DNA from: Schmidtea polychroa
Lineage: Eukaryota
DNA: 64,000 nt
Reading direction: 5' to 3'
Assembly: GCA_044892525.1 (NCBI GenBank)
Contig: CM097885.1
Location: forward strand, 10,542,001 to 10,606,000
Shown: piece after piece, positions 14,828 to 30,624 of the stretch
Numbering within the stretch: position 1 is the stretch's first letter
Layout: each line of letters begins with the position of its first letter
Program-made: the position numbers and the translations under genes
The notes under the pieces: model-generated
The model's database searches: none
Seen by the model: only the letters and a program-made list of their open reading frames with translations
Told to the model about the DNA's origin: nothing

Positions 14828-16577
14828 ATGTGCAATGAAGCGTGAATATTATAACTTGATTAATTTAACTGTATTTCAGAATTGATATTGCATTTCATCC
14901 ACCAAGAAATATATCTTATAGTTATTTGTACTGATTTGACATCACCCTCTTTCTTGATTTAAACAGGTTTCATTTCTTTTGATTCTTTAATTATTTTTTT
15001 AATTGCTCTTGTTTCTTTGAAAAGTAATTGACTGTAATTGACTGAATTTGTAAATCTTTGATTTCATATATTAAATCATCAGCTGTGATTGATTGTTTTC
15101 TATCCATTATATCCCCATAATACAACCAAAACACCCCAAGGATATTAATTTATAAACAATTTATAAACAAAGTAAAATCATCATAATCGACTAATAAATA
15201 GTAAGTAATTTCGTATATGATTATAAAAATAATAAAAATATAAAATTTTAAACGTTTGGCTTTTTAATTTTTTAAATTTCGACAAGGTTTCCGAGAAAGT
15301 TTCATCATTCCTGCTATAAATCAAGAGTTTTTCCATAAAACAATTAATGCAATTCGAAAACTTGGTTCTATATTATAGAAGAATTTATCAATTATTTTTT
15401 AAAATTTAATTTTTAAAATTGCTATTTTTTAATCAAAATTTAGAAAAATTACATAAAAAAGTATTTATTATTCAATATTTATTTAAGATATTTTAAAACG
15501 CAACATGTAATTGTAATACTATTTATAGTAGTCTAGTAATCTAGGAAAGGAAGTATTATTAGTCATTGCACACAAGCATTCGAGCATCAGTCATCAAACA
15601 TCGAGGCCACAGTGGTTTGTTTATACAATTAATTTATTATAAATTATTATTTATCATCTTACAATTACAGTATAAATTATTATAAATTAGTATTTCTTAT
15701 GAAAATTATTATTAATTATTATTATAATTAAAATAAGTTATATAAAAAACAATTTTACGATAATTTAATATTTTTTGAAATGGAAAACTTTTCTTTATTC
15801 CTTCCTAATATTCCTTCTTTTGAGAGAGGGAAAATTGAAGTAACCAAGCTATTTATCTAAATTCAACTCATTTTTCTATAATTTATAAACTGCTGTAAAT
15901 ATAATAGTGAAAAGTACATTTACAAAATATCTTATATTAAAAATGATATACAAAATGATTAGTAATTTGAGATAATATTTTGAAATATTCCCACTTTCTT
16001 CCGTGACCGGAAACATATTTCAGATATTTGTCTTATTTAATTATTTAATTATATTAATTGATGCGTGAAGAAACAAACAAGGAAAAAATTATTTTTTATT
16101 TGTTTTATTAAATATCACATTGATGGCGCCTTACTAAATGACAAATTACATTTATTTATAGATAAATTTAATCTATTATGCCAATCTTACAAAAATATCC
16201 TTACAAAAAGAATTCATAAATAAAATTAATTTCCTAGAGTGAATTGCACTAGGACGTAGAATGAGTTTGTCTAATGGGACTCAATGACACTGCAATTCTT
16301 TAACTATGAATAAGATATAACTTTTGACATTATTCATGGAAAGGATACCCTTAATATACAATATGGTTAATTTTATTGTGGACATCAACTTTGGAGGCTT
16401 TTTTTACAGTTAAGAATTCATAATTTAATTAATTTTGAGTTTCCTTTTAAATGTAATTATGAGCAATTGAAATATAATATTAAAATGTTTTAGCCATTTG
16501 CGCCGAAATGGCGTACTATGGGCGTAAACGGATATTTGTACCAAATAACGATATGGCGTGTATAAGATGGCAGATAT

Positions 16578-16796
16578 GAATCAAAAGTTTGTATGTGTTT
16601 TTTAGTATGTTTTGTGTTTGTGTGCAGTTTTTAATTTTTCTCCCACTTTTCAGATTTCTATAGTATAAGATGTATCTGACTGCACTCTAAATGAGAACAT
16701 CATCGTGAAATCAAAGTAAGTATGTATGTTTCTATAATGCAAGATTATTGATTTTTGTGTTATATTATAGGAAACGGTTTTCAGTGGTGTTTGGTG
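16578..16796 (-). mobile_element. One-ended fragment of Tc1/mariner MITE family B (compare 33078-33946)
   Basis: Reverse complement of 33078-33296, including the TIR CACCAAACACCACTGA. Confidence 0.85.
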
Positions 16797-17519
16797 TATC
16801 AGAGAGTTAAATATTTTATAGCTCACTGCGAACTGCTGTGAACGGATTCGCCACGCGCGCATATTAATTAATTGCAAATGAAAATGGCTAATAAATAGTT
16901 TATGGTTGATCATGATTATGCTAACACGTAATTAATTATTACAAGAATAAATTAAATAAATGTAAACCGAAAAATGAGCACATCGAAAGCACAATACTAA
17001 AGCAAAATTATTCTGATAAAAGAGATAAAAACAATGTAACATTTTTATTGACTATCAGAGTTTTTCTGTGTCAGTTGCAAAAAAATTGCAATTATTAAAT
17101 TCAGATTTCATAACTAAAATTTTAGTTTTTGGTTATTTTGGTTTATTAACTGAATTAATTAAGTGATATTCAATGATATTTCTAATGGTAAATTAGTTTC
17201 GAGCTTATTTGGACCCGATCTGTAACATGTATGAAACTCGATCGAACCTAACAATATTGTCATATTGACATCTATCAAAATTTGATTGAGATATGCTTGA
17301 GGATAAAAGGATTTTTATTTTTACGGGATTTTTTCAGTTAAACCTTAAAAGATTTTTTCTTTCTTTAAAATAAATCGAATCATTTTATAAACCCTTTTTT
17401 ATATTTAAAGCTTTACATCTGATACATTGATATGATTTAAACAAATTAAAACAAAGTTTATTTTTATTTTACAAAAGACATTTTAATATATTTAATTCTA
17501 GATAAAAAATTACAAATAA

Positions 17520-17790
17520 TCAAATTCCAGAGACTTTTACCACAATAATTGTGTTTATTAATATTAGTCGATTTCTTCGATATATTATGTTCATGAACTC
17601 GAATACAGAGATGACGGGAATTTCCTCCAATGTATGTGGCATTAAACTCATTTCATGTAATAATTGATAGACGAAATTAAAACGCAATTTAACCGGAGTT
17701 TTAGAATTATTAATAATCATATTGCGTACTTTGCACGAATTACCGATAATCTTATAATTTAAATTGTCACACAACTTGCTTATATTCCTC
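17520..17790 (-). mobile_element. Penelope-like GIY-YIG endonuclease fragment
   Basis: Homologous to 27480-27770: KVRNMIINNSKTPV..., ATYIGGNSRHLCIRVHEH; frameshifted. Confidence 0.85.
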
Positions 17791-17914
17791 TTATAACGTG
17801 TAAAATTTAATGTAAAATCTACTAGTTATAAAAGCTTTGAACCTAAATTGAATTTTAGGGTAAATTCGATTTTAAATTCCTGGAAAAAAATTTTATTTTG
17901 ATATATTTTATATT

Positions 17915-18260
17915 GAACCAATGAGAAGAGATTAAATGAAAATAAAAGTGAAGATTGAGTATTAGTATTTTAATATTTTTTAGGGATTCATTTGATTTAA
18001 ATGCGATTTTATTGGCTTGTTAATTACAACAAAAATTACTACAAAAATAATTCTAATATTCTCCAGGAATTATATGTCAAATATTATTTGAAAATTGAAG
18101 CACCTAAATTCCAGGAAATTTATAAAGATTATTTTTATATATATTTAAACCTTTTTGCTGCGAATAAGATATTTTCATTTCCATTAAATATATTATTTGC
18201 AGCAAAAGGCTTAAATTTTCATATAATTATTTAAAATGTAATTAATGCTGCTACCAAGAA
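17915..18260 (+). mobile_element. Old, rearranged copy of the AAT-associated fold-back element
   Basis: Contains AACCAATGAGAA, TAAATTCCAGGA, TTTGCAGCAAAAGGCTTAAATT and the tail AATGCTGCTACCAAGAAA, followed by (ATT)n. Confidence 0.75.
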
Positions 18261-18839
<579 letters not shown>

Positions 18840-20023
18840 ATTACTTAAATTAAATATAAAACTCAAATCTTTAAGGAGTTTGTGAACCTTGCTTGATTGT
18901 GTATTACAATTTTAATATTTTTTAGGGATTCATTTGATTAAAATGCGATTTTATTGGCTTGTTAATTATAACAAACTCAAAACTAATTCTAATATTCTCC
19001 AAGAATTATATGTCAAATATTATTTTGAATTGTAAATGATAATAATAAATTTTATATTATGTCCTTTAAATATTAATTCACTTTAATAAAGATTATAAAG
19101 AAAAATTACAATTTATTATTTTTATTTATTGCAACTTATTCAAACAAATTGCTTGTCACGAAAAATCAAAATATAAACAAATATAAAAATAATAATTTTT
19201 GTTTAAAAAGGAATGCGACAGTTAAATGGATATTTCAACAATATTTACACTTATTGTCACATAATATTGCTAATTAATTAATTTTTTTGGCTTACCTCGG
19301 CAATTAACCCGCTTAAACCGTATATTACATAAATTGAATAAATTTTAATTAGATTTTGTTATTGAAATTATTTGTTGACTTTCATAAGGGGAAATTTGTT
19401 AAAGCACATTTTCAATTAAAATGTCTATTTTTCTCTTTTGCTGACAAATGTCAAGCAACATAAGGAGTTTAAAATATAAATTCATAAATAGATAAATTAA
19501 AATATTCAATAAACAAGGGACATAATTATTTGATAATTTGGGAAGGAAACATTTACTAAAATCATTTATATTTTATTCATCATTTATTTTAATATTTCAC
19601 TTGTTTTTATTATGACTACAAATTAAAAAGGTTTTCCCAAGTAACAAAAATTTTTGATATATATTCGTAATGAAAATAAATGAAATTTTATTAGAGAATG
19701 TCTCTTCAATAACTGTTTTCAATAAATGATTTTAGTAAATTGTTTCAAAACACCCATTGGACATGGAAGATATTTTTAAGTGTGCAATATAATTTTATAA
19801 AATTATATTTTTAAACAATAAAATAAGGAACCGTAACAATTATGGTATGAAAATTTAAAAATTAGTATTCTATTTAGGGGATTTTATCACTTATGGCTTT
19901 CACAATTTTCAAATCCAATCAGCTATAATCATGCAAATATGCACAATGACAGATATGTATATACATATTTATTAGTGGCATGCAGTCCAAACCAGGGAGA
20001 AACAGATTATACATTCGATTCTA

Positions 20024-20918
20024 TACCTAATTCCGAAAGAAATCTAAAGAAATCAATAAATTTATATTATAGGAACACACAAATTTACCTGTGTGTAAAA
20101 ATTTAATGCTTCGAAAGTTAACATATTTATTATAGGAATCTAAAAAGTGAGAGAAAAATAATTAAGCACATATAATGAAAAATACATGCAAAATTAATAT
20201 AGTTTATTTTTCCGAAATTAAACATTTATTAACATATTGTTATTTTTAATAAATTAAAAAATGACGGGGGAAAATTTTTTTTATCTAGAATCGGACAACT
20301 CTAGTAGAAAAAGAGACGATAAAACATTGTAAGATCTATTGTAAGATCTATTTAGAAAATATTTTTGAAGTTAATATTTCTTTAGATTTTCAGATATTTC
20401 TCTGGAAACGCTACCTTTTTTCCAAGGTGAAGATCTGACAATGTAAGATTTATTCATAAAAATACAAAATATGAAATTAAAAAGAAATTAATCAATTCAT
20501 AGAATTACAAAAAATTACAAAATTCGGCTTAAATTAAAAAAAAAACTATTTTATCCATGTACGCTTCTTTCCTATTTGTATTAAAAAAATTAATGTCTTC
20601 GGTGATTACTTTATTTATTTATAGTTAAAAATATATGTAACTTACATTTTATAGAAATAATTCCAAATAAATTTCTAAAATTCCTAAAAACACCTGAAAA
20701 TTAATTATCAATATTTTATATTAAAAATGCTGGCTAAAAGTAATATTTAGGAACTTGAATAATTATATAAAATCAAAATTCAAGTCTTAAAAGTTACTTA
20801 AAATTCAAAATCTTACCTGAAAATGATTTTTGAAAAATTGAAAAAAAATGGTGAGTCACCTCAACTGGTCTGCACACCAATGTGCATTATAAACAATGTT
20901 AACTTTCGGAATTAGGTG
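20024..20918. mobile_element. Tc1/mariner-type MITE, family A, copy 2
   Basis: ACCTAATTCCGAAA...TTTCGGAATTAGGTG|TA; internal similarity to 11277-12233. Confidence 0.88.
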
Positions 20919-23900
20919 TATCCGAATTCATCAAAATGATAAATGAACATACAATTTTGACGTTTTTTCTATTAAATCACAAACATTTCGCGTGACTAGA
21001 ATGTCTATTTATTGCAAATTCTATTTGGAATAATTTATATTTGCTTCGCTTCAATATAGTACCATTATGAATTAAAACTTTCTATTATTAATCGAGATAT
21101 TTGTATTACTGTAAAACATCAAAGATCCTCCGATTCCAGTTATTTCCTCACAAATCATTTTATTAAAAAAGAGAAAATTTAAAGTAATTTCACATCTGAA
21201 AAAATAAAATAATAAATTAATAGTTTTATAAGAACTTCTTTCAATTTCACCTCTGATTTCTTTTCAATTGACAAAAATACATCGATATCTTCACTGATTC
21301 ACAGTCAATATTTTAAAACTTGTTCTGATTTTTTCATTTTTTGAAAAAACAACTAATAAATCAGAAATTTTATTTTATTCAAAATATTAAAGATTTTACA
21401 GTATTTTATTTTATCTTTCACATTTTGGAAAATACTATTCTAAACAAAATAATGCATTTTACTTTTAGAATTTATGGAATATTGTCCCCAATGCAATAAT
21501 CCAAAAGATTTTAGGTTTTTACATAGAAAATGTTTCATTTATTCAATTTTAATATTTGTTTCCGACTTTCATTTAATATTTTCATAATTAAATAATAATT
21601 TCTTAATAATTATTATTTTAATTCTCTCAATATATTTTTCTCATATAATTTATAAAATAATATTTATTCATATGAATTTAAAAGTATTTAAAAATATATT
21701 TTAAAACAAAAATTAAAATATCTTATTAAGTCTTATGATTAAATTCTTTTTATTGTTTATGCAAAAATAACATTTTTAAATTTTAATAATTTCAAAGTAA
21801 TAATGTGAAATGTTTTTGTTGTAAACAATAATATGACTGATTTGTTTATTTCGTGATTGGTTTTATTAAATTTGAATTGTTTATTTAAATTTTTTAAAAA
21901 ATGTTTGTTTACCAAACTAAACTTCATTATTATTTGTAAATTTTATAAATGCATAAATGTAATTATTATTGACAAATGATTATATTTTCCATGACATGAA
22001 TGGAATAAAAATAGTCTATGGGAAAACAAAATATTGAAAGGCAATCATTAATCCAGACAATCTTCATTAATTACTCCAATTTTTTTACATAAAAATTGGA
22101 ATATTCTAAGAGAATTTTACATAAGTCTATTTGTTAGATTTATTATAGATTCATAAAATCGAAATAGAGTAAAGAAGTTTTTGTGGGTTTAATCTTTATT
22201 TATGCAGAAATGAAATAGTTTTAATCTTTTAGTGATAACTTAATAAAAAGAGAGCTTGAGGAATATAAATCAGTAATATATCGATGTTTTTTGATACTCT
22301 CGAATTTTCGGCACTATCGTCATATATCACCTATAGTAAAATATAAATTATTTATTGAATAATATAATTTTTCAAGTTATAAGGTTACATTTAACAAACA
22401 AATAATCTTTCAAGTTTCTACTTTTAATTAAAATTCAAAAAAAAGTTCACTATATTACATAATAGCTTTTAACACAAATGTAATTTATATTGACTGACTG
22501 CAAAAATAATTTGCGAGTCACCAATAATTTTCAATTGCATTTTTTATAGCTGACATGATATTTCATACGATTCAATCTAATAATTTCTGTTACATGAAAA
22601 ATCTTATTTAGTAAATCATGTCAAATCTATAATTATAATTTTATCAGTCATATACGAGCCTCATCGCCGAGTTTAGTTTATTAGTGAGAAATATATTTGA
22701 ATACTACCAAATTTCATTTACCTTTATTTTGATTTCGACTATAAATCAATGCCTTTACTAAACAAGGAAAAAAAGTTTAGAATGTAAAGATTAATAATTT
22801 TATAAAAGTTTGTCATTAAAATATTTGTGAGATTTAATGTTATATTAAACTTTTTTGGAAAAATAAAATATAATTTATAATTTTTAATGCAAATATATTT
22901 CAAATTTTAATTGTCGTCATAAAAATATAATATATATTCTAGAAATTAAATTTAAAATATTTTTTTACTTAATATTTAAATTTTCCTTGCATTTTTTAGA
23001 CGCTTTTAATGAAAAATAAATAATAATTAATCATTGACAATTAAAAATATTATATGTTTTGAAATATTAGATTAAAAAATTAATATCTAAATATAAATTT
23101 TCCGTAGTTTGTTACCTTAAAAAATTTTGACATTAAAAAAATATTTAAATCTCAAATAGTTTTAAGGTCCTAAAACAAATTTAGATTAGAAGAATTTGAG
23201 GATATCTTTCAAATACACAAATGCTAAATAGGAAAAACATTAATGGATTGTCAAAAGTAAGAAAAACAAGAAAAAGAAATAATAAAAGAAGAACAAAAAA
23301 TTCTTTTTAATTAAATTAAAATTTTTATTTAAAAAAATGCGAATAAACAAATATTTTTGTTTTGTCGAGCTAAACCTAGATATGAATGTAAAATGTTAAA
23401 TCCGTTCTTTCGTTTTTTTTCATTAACGCAATTACTGAAATATAAATTTGTTAAATAAATTTTTAAAAACTTTTTATTATATGCTATTTTGATTTAAAGG
23501 CTTTGGTTGTTCGTTAATAAATAAAAAAAATAATAATGAATAAAAAAAATACAAATTAATAAAATATCTATAATATAAAATAAATAATATTCCCTAAAAT
23601 TTAATAAAATAAATATCAAAATAATTTTTCTAATTATCATCGGAGTCGTCTTTTGGAATAGAAATGATTCCAAAAGATTTTCTAGCACTGACTTTCATTT
23701 CCATAAAATCAATAATTCTAAAATTAGTCTGTCTTAAAACAATTAAAAATATTAAAAAAATTATTATAATTGGCTTTTCGTGCAGAATCAATAAAACAGG
23801 GAATTTAGAAAAGTCAAATAACAGTTTTTTATTTCATTATAAGTTATTTAAATAAAAAAAATCTCCACATGAAAAAATTATTATTGCTTATTTAAAATTT

Positions 23901-23977
23901 CGAAGCCAACTGGTATATTTACCCAATTTTCATTTAATTTTTTCTATTTATTTTTTAAGAACCAAAAAAAACTTCAA

Positions 23978-24077
<100 letters not shown>

Positions 24078-24366
24078 TGTTTCGACCCGTCCGAGGAGGA
24101 TTGGAATTTACCTCTGACTGGTAGTTTGTTTGTTGATTGTTCTCGCGCCTGTGTGCAGAATTATGGTAACATGGATGTGGGCACACAGACGCAAGCAATA
24201 GGTATGTCATAATTTTTTATTTAATTATTTTTTTTCTAAATTTTGATTTATAGAGTTCGAGGAAGCTTTTGTTTGAACTGGTGATTTGTGTGGGTATTTT
24301 GAATTTGCGGATTTGGATTTAGAATTGATTTATAATTTTGTTTTGAATTTTCGGACTTAGTGAAAT

Positions 24367-24771
24367 ATGGAAGATAATGAATGTTTGATATGTCGTATTT
24401 CAATGTGCAATATAGCGAAGAGATGTCTTTTCAGCAGTGAAACTTGTTCATGTGATCCCGGCTTAACAAGATCGTTGCAAGTTATTAATGGAAAATTTCT
24501 AATTGACATTAATTCAATTTCTCAAAGTTTATCAAAACGATTGGAAATCAACGATTTAATTTCTGTAAATCATGAAATGACAGAAGAGGAACTCCAAGAT
24601 ATTTTTATGAAATTTCCCCAAAAATTTAAAAATATTCGTAAATTATCTGAAACCATTTATGACATTAGCGATAAAAAGATAAACTGGCTAACTTATGAAT
24701 ATGATATTCTATTTAATCGAGCTCTTAAAAAAATCAACTCAATTAAAATGTTTATTCGCCAAAGTGTTTAA
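24367..24771 (+). CDS. Unknown 134-aa ORF with a Cys-rich N-terminus, inside an (AAT)n-flanked cassette; possibly a pseudogene
   Basis: ATG start and a long non-repetitive ORF in AT-rich DNA, with a putative upstream intron at 24202-24360. No family recognised. Confidence 0.4.
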   Translation: MEDNECLICRISMCNIAKRCLFSSETCSCDPGLTRSLQVINGKFLIDINSISQSLSKRLEINDLISVNHEMTEEELQDIFMKFPQKFKNIRKLSETIYDISDKKINWLTYEYDILFNRALKKINSIKMFIRQSV

Positions 24772-24919
24772 CAATTATCCAATGTTTCCAATTCAATCAT
24801 GGCTCAATCTCAAGTTATTGGACACGTTAAATGGTTTAACAAATAATGGTTTTGTGCAAATAAAGCGTGTGATGCAATTAATTACAAAGAAATTCTTTTA
24901 ATTTGTTTTAGACGAAAAC

Positions 24920-25002
<83 letters not shown>
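24920..25002. repeat. (AAT)n microsatellite
   Basis: Perfect array. Confidence 0.99.
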
Positions 25003-25005
<3 letters not shown>

Positions 25006-25879
25006 GAAAAAGAAAAGAGGAGGAAGAACTAATAAATTTGTTTATTTTAGTAAATTATAATTACAAAACTAACAAAATTAAGAGAATCTCAAAAATAATT
25101 TAATTATTTTTGAGTACATTATTTTAACTTAATTTTAATTAATATTTACAATAACTTGAACAACCAGAAACATTTCGAAATGAAATCAAACAATAAAAAT
25201 TTAAGTTTTACTCAATAGAAAACTTTATTATTTGTCGTTTTGAAAATAATATTTTTAAATTTGAACAATATTTCCCGGATGAATATAAATAAATCGATAA
25301 AACAAAATTTTATTTTAGAAAATTCAATTATTTTTCCATTTAAATTTACCAAATCGTTTCGGTTTGAAACTAAATTTGTAAAGTTACATGAATTGATATA
25401 CGAATAATTTCTTTTTATCTTTTTTTTTCTTTGAATTATCAATTTGGAAATACATAAAATATAATAAAATATTTCAATTAGAATTTTTCTACGTAATTTA
25501 CAATTTCTGGACTTAATTTCCCTTAAGAATAAAATTTAAATACATGCTGTTTTTTTGTTGAAATAAAAGTCAAAATTCTGTATTTATTATTATTTTGTTT
25601 TAATTAGCTAATTCATTTGAGTCTAAGTAAGTATATGTTAATATTTTATTGGTTTTACAAATTGAAAGACTTTTATTTATCCTAAAAATCGAAAAATTAA
25701 TAAAAATTAAACTTCAATTTAGCAATGATAAATCGCATATTAAATTGGTTCCATATAAAGTACTCTTGACAGGTACTTCAGCATTTGTTAGAGAAAATCT
25801 TTAGCATCATTTTGAGTTTTGTTTGACTCTTTTATGAAAGCAAACATCTAACCCTGTCTTGAACCACCTGTCTGTAAAT

Positions 25880-26663
25880 CAGTGATTCTTAACCTTTTTG
25901 AAGTCATGGAACTCTTTTGATCATAAAAAATTTCATGGAGTACCAAAATCAAAAAGTCAAAAACATACAAATATTACTTTTATTAAAAATTTAACTTATT
26001 ATTACATTACAATTAAAAAACATTAATTACAAATATATATATATATATATTTGAACGAAATTTATTTGAGGCGAAAATCATTTAATGCTCACGATATTTT
26101 CAACAAGTGCAAAAAAGATTTTCTTAAATAAATAGTGCCAATTTAAAAAATTCAAATTTTTTATTAAAATTAATTATTAATATTATTGGTTAATTTTTCA
26201 AAATCAATTGGATCATTATTCATCGCTATTTTAAGTTGAATATTTAAATTTGAATTTAGTAATCGATTCCTGTTTTTATTTTTAATTATTTTCAAAGCTG
26301 AAAATAATTGCTCGCCAGAATAAGTACTGCCAAATAAAGAGAAGATTTTCATTGCTAACTTCCACACTTTAACAAATATGGAAGTTTAAAGAGTGCCAAT
26401 AAAAAGGCTAACTCATGCCACACTTTGAGCTTGTCGTCTTTTGTAGATTTGAATTAAGATCTGAATTAAAAATGTTGTCACTTATTAATAATTAATAAAA
26501 TGTCAGATAATTGAGAGCCGTTGAGAAATTAGCACACAAACTTCACTTTGCAAAGGTACTGTAAGCTAGTCATTATTTGTGTAACTCAAATTACATATAA
26601 TAGATAGGCCAAAATTAAATTTCGGGTTTCATAATTTCACGGAGCACCGGTTAAGAAGCACTG
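25880..26663 (-). mobile_element. Non-autonomous hAT (Buster/Charlie) element with a transposase C-terminal remnant
   Basis: TIRs CAGTGATTCTTAACC...GGTTAAGAAGCACTG; TSD CTGTAAAT/CTGTAGAT. ORF 26367-26170 has FGSTYSGEQLFSALKIIKNKNRNRL (hAT dimerisation motif). Confidence 0.92.
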
Positions 26664-27099
26664 CTGTAGATAATGTCAAATGGAATTACGAAGTTAGAAA
26701 TGTCAAAATAACAGAAACCTTTCCAATTTTTGCTATATTTTATATATTGTTTGGAGTATAATTAAGTCATTTGAATAAGCAATTATTCCTCATCCTTCCC
26801 CATACTGCTTCATCTTACTTATTATAGCTTTTTTTTTATTTAACTCAAAACTTGTGAAAGGTTTACAGTTGAAAACGAGGAAATATGGTTAAAGGCTATA
26901 AAAGTAGCTATTAACTAACAATACATTTGTGATTAAATAAATATTTTATATTTTAAAGTTCTCACTTTTTTCACTTAATGAAATCAAATGGACTTTCATA
27001 TAACCTTGAAAAGAAAGATTCTAACAACAAACTGAATACATGCAATTAAAGCATTGGTAGAAATTGGTTGACGTTACAAATAATAATAAATTAAATAAA

Positions 27100-28640
27100 T
27101 AACTATAATATTATTATATGATAACGCCAATCAAACATTCTTTTCACGATATATTTCGACAGTTTTCCTGTCATCATCAGGTGGGATATAATAACTATAT
27201 AAATTAAGGATTTTAAACAAATTTATTTATTTAAAAAAAATTTTAGTTTATTATTTTAATAAAAATATTTCATTATTTTAAAAATCATAATTAAATTATA
27301 TATTATTTTTAAAAAAACTTTTATTAATTAATTAATTTTACACACAGCAATCAATACATACAATATACAAAAAATTATTTAAAAACATTCAAAACTAAGT
27401 ATTCACTGCATTCTGCACATTATTTTTTGGATTCAATTTATCAATAACGCCTCACAAATTACACGTTCCCAATAATTATCAAAATTATTTTAATGAAATT
27501 TTAAAATAAGACAGAACTATTTTACTCTTACAGCCCTTATTATGCTCACCAATATGGGTCAATGCCTTCGGTCTACAATGTTCTTGAGCTCGAATACAGA
27601 GATGATGGGAAGTCTCTCCAATGTATGTGACATTATACCCATTACAAGTAAACTGATAAACGAGATCGGAACACAATTCGACCGGAGTTTTTGACTGATT
27701 AATAAACATATTGCGTACTTTCCATGAAGTTGACATTATCCTGTAGTTTAAATTCCCTAACTGCTTTCTTATCTTCACTTCATAATCCTTAAAACCTTCT
27801 GAGTAAGGCAATACTAAACACTAATTTAGGTTCATCATCCTTGCTCACACTATATAATTTATTTAACTCATCAGACTCACACACCTCAACAAAATAACAC
27901 CCAGATTTTCTCAAACATGGATCCTTAGGATTTTTAACAAATTTGTCAACAGTCTCTTTTACCATACTTAATAAAGAGGATTTTGAATAACCATTCTTCA
28001 TTAACAATTCAACCAATTTTTCAACACTTTTTACTGAATTTTCTAATGTAGAAGACAAAGACCATGAACGATAAATCAACCCCTTTACCATATTTCGTTT
28101 ATACTTGAATTCACAAGAACTTTCGGATGAAGTATAGAGACCAGTATCAGTTGGTTTTCTATAAATCTCTGTCTCGTAGTGTTTCTCTTTGCGTTGTATT
28201 AACAGATCCAAGAAAGCAAGTGATGATTTTTTTTACTCCGTTTCCCATGTGAATACAATGTTTTTATGTTTTTATACTCCATCGTACTCAAAATTGAATT
28301 TTTAATACACCATTCAACCCATACCTGCAAACAAAACTCATTTGTTATTTGATTCAAAGTAAATCCAATATTTCATAGTTTTTTATCCAAGGATGTTCTC
28401 CTAAGCTTCTCTGATTCCAACATTCTTCTTAACGTTCTTTTATGTATTATTTGCACATCTTTACTTGAAATACAATCACTAAGTTTCATTTTAAAAATGA
28501 ACGAAGGAATCATCTTTTCTTCTAGACAAGTCTCAAGAAAACAAATGTCTAATTCTTCTAAGTGCATTATAAATCTTCAATAATCTTTTGAATACTGAAA
28601 CTGCAGAAACATGATTTTTGAATAAATAGTTAAACATGCA
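27100..28640 (-). mobile_element. Penelope-like retroelement, internally deleted (N-terminus, RT C-terminus, GIY-YIG endonuclease, 3' pLTR)
   Basis: FLETCLEEKMIPSF (N-terminal); LAFLDLLI...IYRKPTDTGLY (RT thumb); LVYQFTCNGYNVTYIGETSHHLCIRAQEH (GIY-YIG). The RT core is missing and there is a frameshift. Confidence 0.93.
27142..27186 (-). ncRNA. Minimal type I hammerhead ribozyme of the Penelope pLTR
   Basis: The minus strand reads CAC-CUGAUGA-U-GACAG-GAAAA-CUGUC-GAAA-UAU-AUC-GUG: intact core, 5-bp stem II, palindromic mini stem III and short stem I. It lies 3' of the GIY-YIG ORF. Confidence 0.85.
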
Positions 28641-30624
28641 TGGCAATGATTTAATTATGAATGTTTAATTATTTATTCAATAATATTATTAATTAAAATA
28701 CTTATGAAAAAATAGATAAAAGTTAAAGTTTAAAAATATTTACTTTTCAAATAAAACAGTGTTTAAACAAATTAAAATAATAAAAAAATGACATAAAAAT
28801 AAAAAAAAATAAAAAAATATAATATTATATCATTTCATTCAGCCATCAACATGTCAAATTTAATAAATAAATAATAATAATAATAAATAAATAATAATAA
28901 CGAATAATTTGATAAATTATCAAATTATGTTAAATAATAATTTTATTAAACATTAAAACTCTCGGTTAAGAAATTTATATAAAAAACATAATTTGAGCAA
29001 CTAATTACAGTCAATTGGACTGGATGACATTGGAGTTTTCTTTCTCCTGAATATACAAAATAGTTAAACAAGTAATTCGATAAAATGTACACAAACTCTG
29101 AACGGAAATGTTAATAAAACAAAACAATAAATAATTAATTATATTATTTTAAAAATATATAAAAATTATAGGATTATAATAATAGAATAAACTTTAAAAT
29201 ATTTTGTCAATAGTAGAAATGTTCATAGAAATCTAATTTAAACAAATAAATACTCAGTGTTTACTCTGCAATGTTTATCAAATGAAATATTTCGACCTAA
29301 ATATACCTCTGTCACTCATATAAGAAATTTAACTGATCAGTTGAACCAGGGTTAAACCAGAGGTGGTCAACTTTTTGTATATCCAACTTTTCACAGACAA
29401 TTTCAGATGCGCCATAAAACTCAAGCACTTTTTAACAGTCTTACGTTCACATTTCGGGTTGTAAAATAGAGATAGGAGTAGGATCTGCTTTGCTTATGGG
29501 AGTAAAAGGAATAACTCAATCACGGACATTCAATTAATTAATTTATGTTATTTCAAAAGCCAGTTAACTGTTAACTGAACATTGGTTTATTTTTAAATGC
29601 CCGCAAATGCTTTAAAGTGAGTGTTACATTGAAAATTTCTATTTATAGCAGATTCAATTTGGAATTGGTATATTAAAGCAACACATTTGTTATTGTGCGT
29701 TAATATTTCAGATTTACATATATTATTACTAGTGTAAAGATATTAAAAAAATAAAAAAAAATATTAGTATTATCTAATATCTTATAATTTGTTTTTTTTA
29801 CATATTTTCATCGAATACTTTTCATATTTTAGCCCCATTCAATAATAAAGTCAAATATTAAATTTTATTATGAAAGTTTATTCATTCAATAATCTTGCGT
29901 CTGCACGAAATATTTTTTGAATTGAGTTTTAACTATTTGTTCATGTAGGAAATTTCGAGGTAGCTATAAGGATTTGTCTGAAACATTTTTATGCAATTAT
30001 ACGTACATTTCCCCCTGAATAAAGATAAGTAATTAAAGAATGTTAATAGTGATTTTGAAATTTTACATTGCATTTCTTAAACAGAAGTACATTTGGAAGG
30101 AATGTTTGAAGTAAAGTAGTAAGTACGTTAGAAATACAGAAGATGAGAATGCTTTGTAGAATATTTCCATATTTTGTTAATCATTCCTTAGTATGGTAAC
30201 CATTAATTCATCATGCATGACATTTTAGGAATATTTTGCAATGATTCCACAATAATTTCTCAAAGGTAAAATGTATCAATTGCTATACAAATTCTGAAAA
30301 ATATTGTATATGATAGGACTTCAAATATTGTAATTCTTATGAAGTCATACATTTTTAATTAAAATTAATTATAGTAGAAATTTGTTAATTTCTTATTTAT
30401 TATTCTTGATTATTCACGAAACTTCAAAAAAAAAATAATGGTCAATTAAAACAAACGTCAACTATTGATAATTCCTGAAAATAAACTGACTTTTGCTGAT
30501 TAAAATACGACACATCATTTACTATATTAAAAGCAGAATGAAAATAATTAATTAATTTAATTTTATAATAAATATCAACAGATGCGGATAACAGGTAAAA
30601 ATGTTTCATTGAATAATCTCATCT

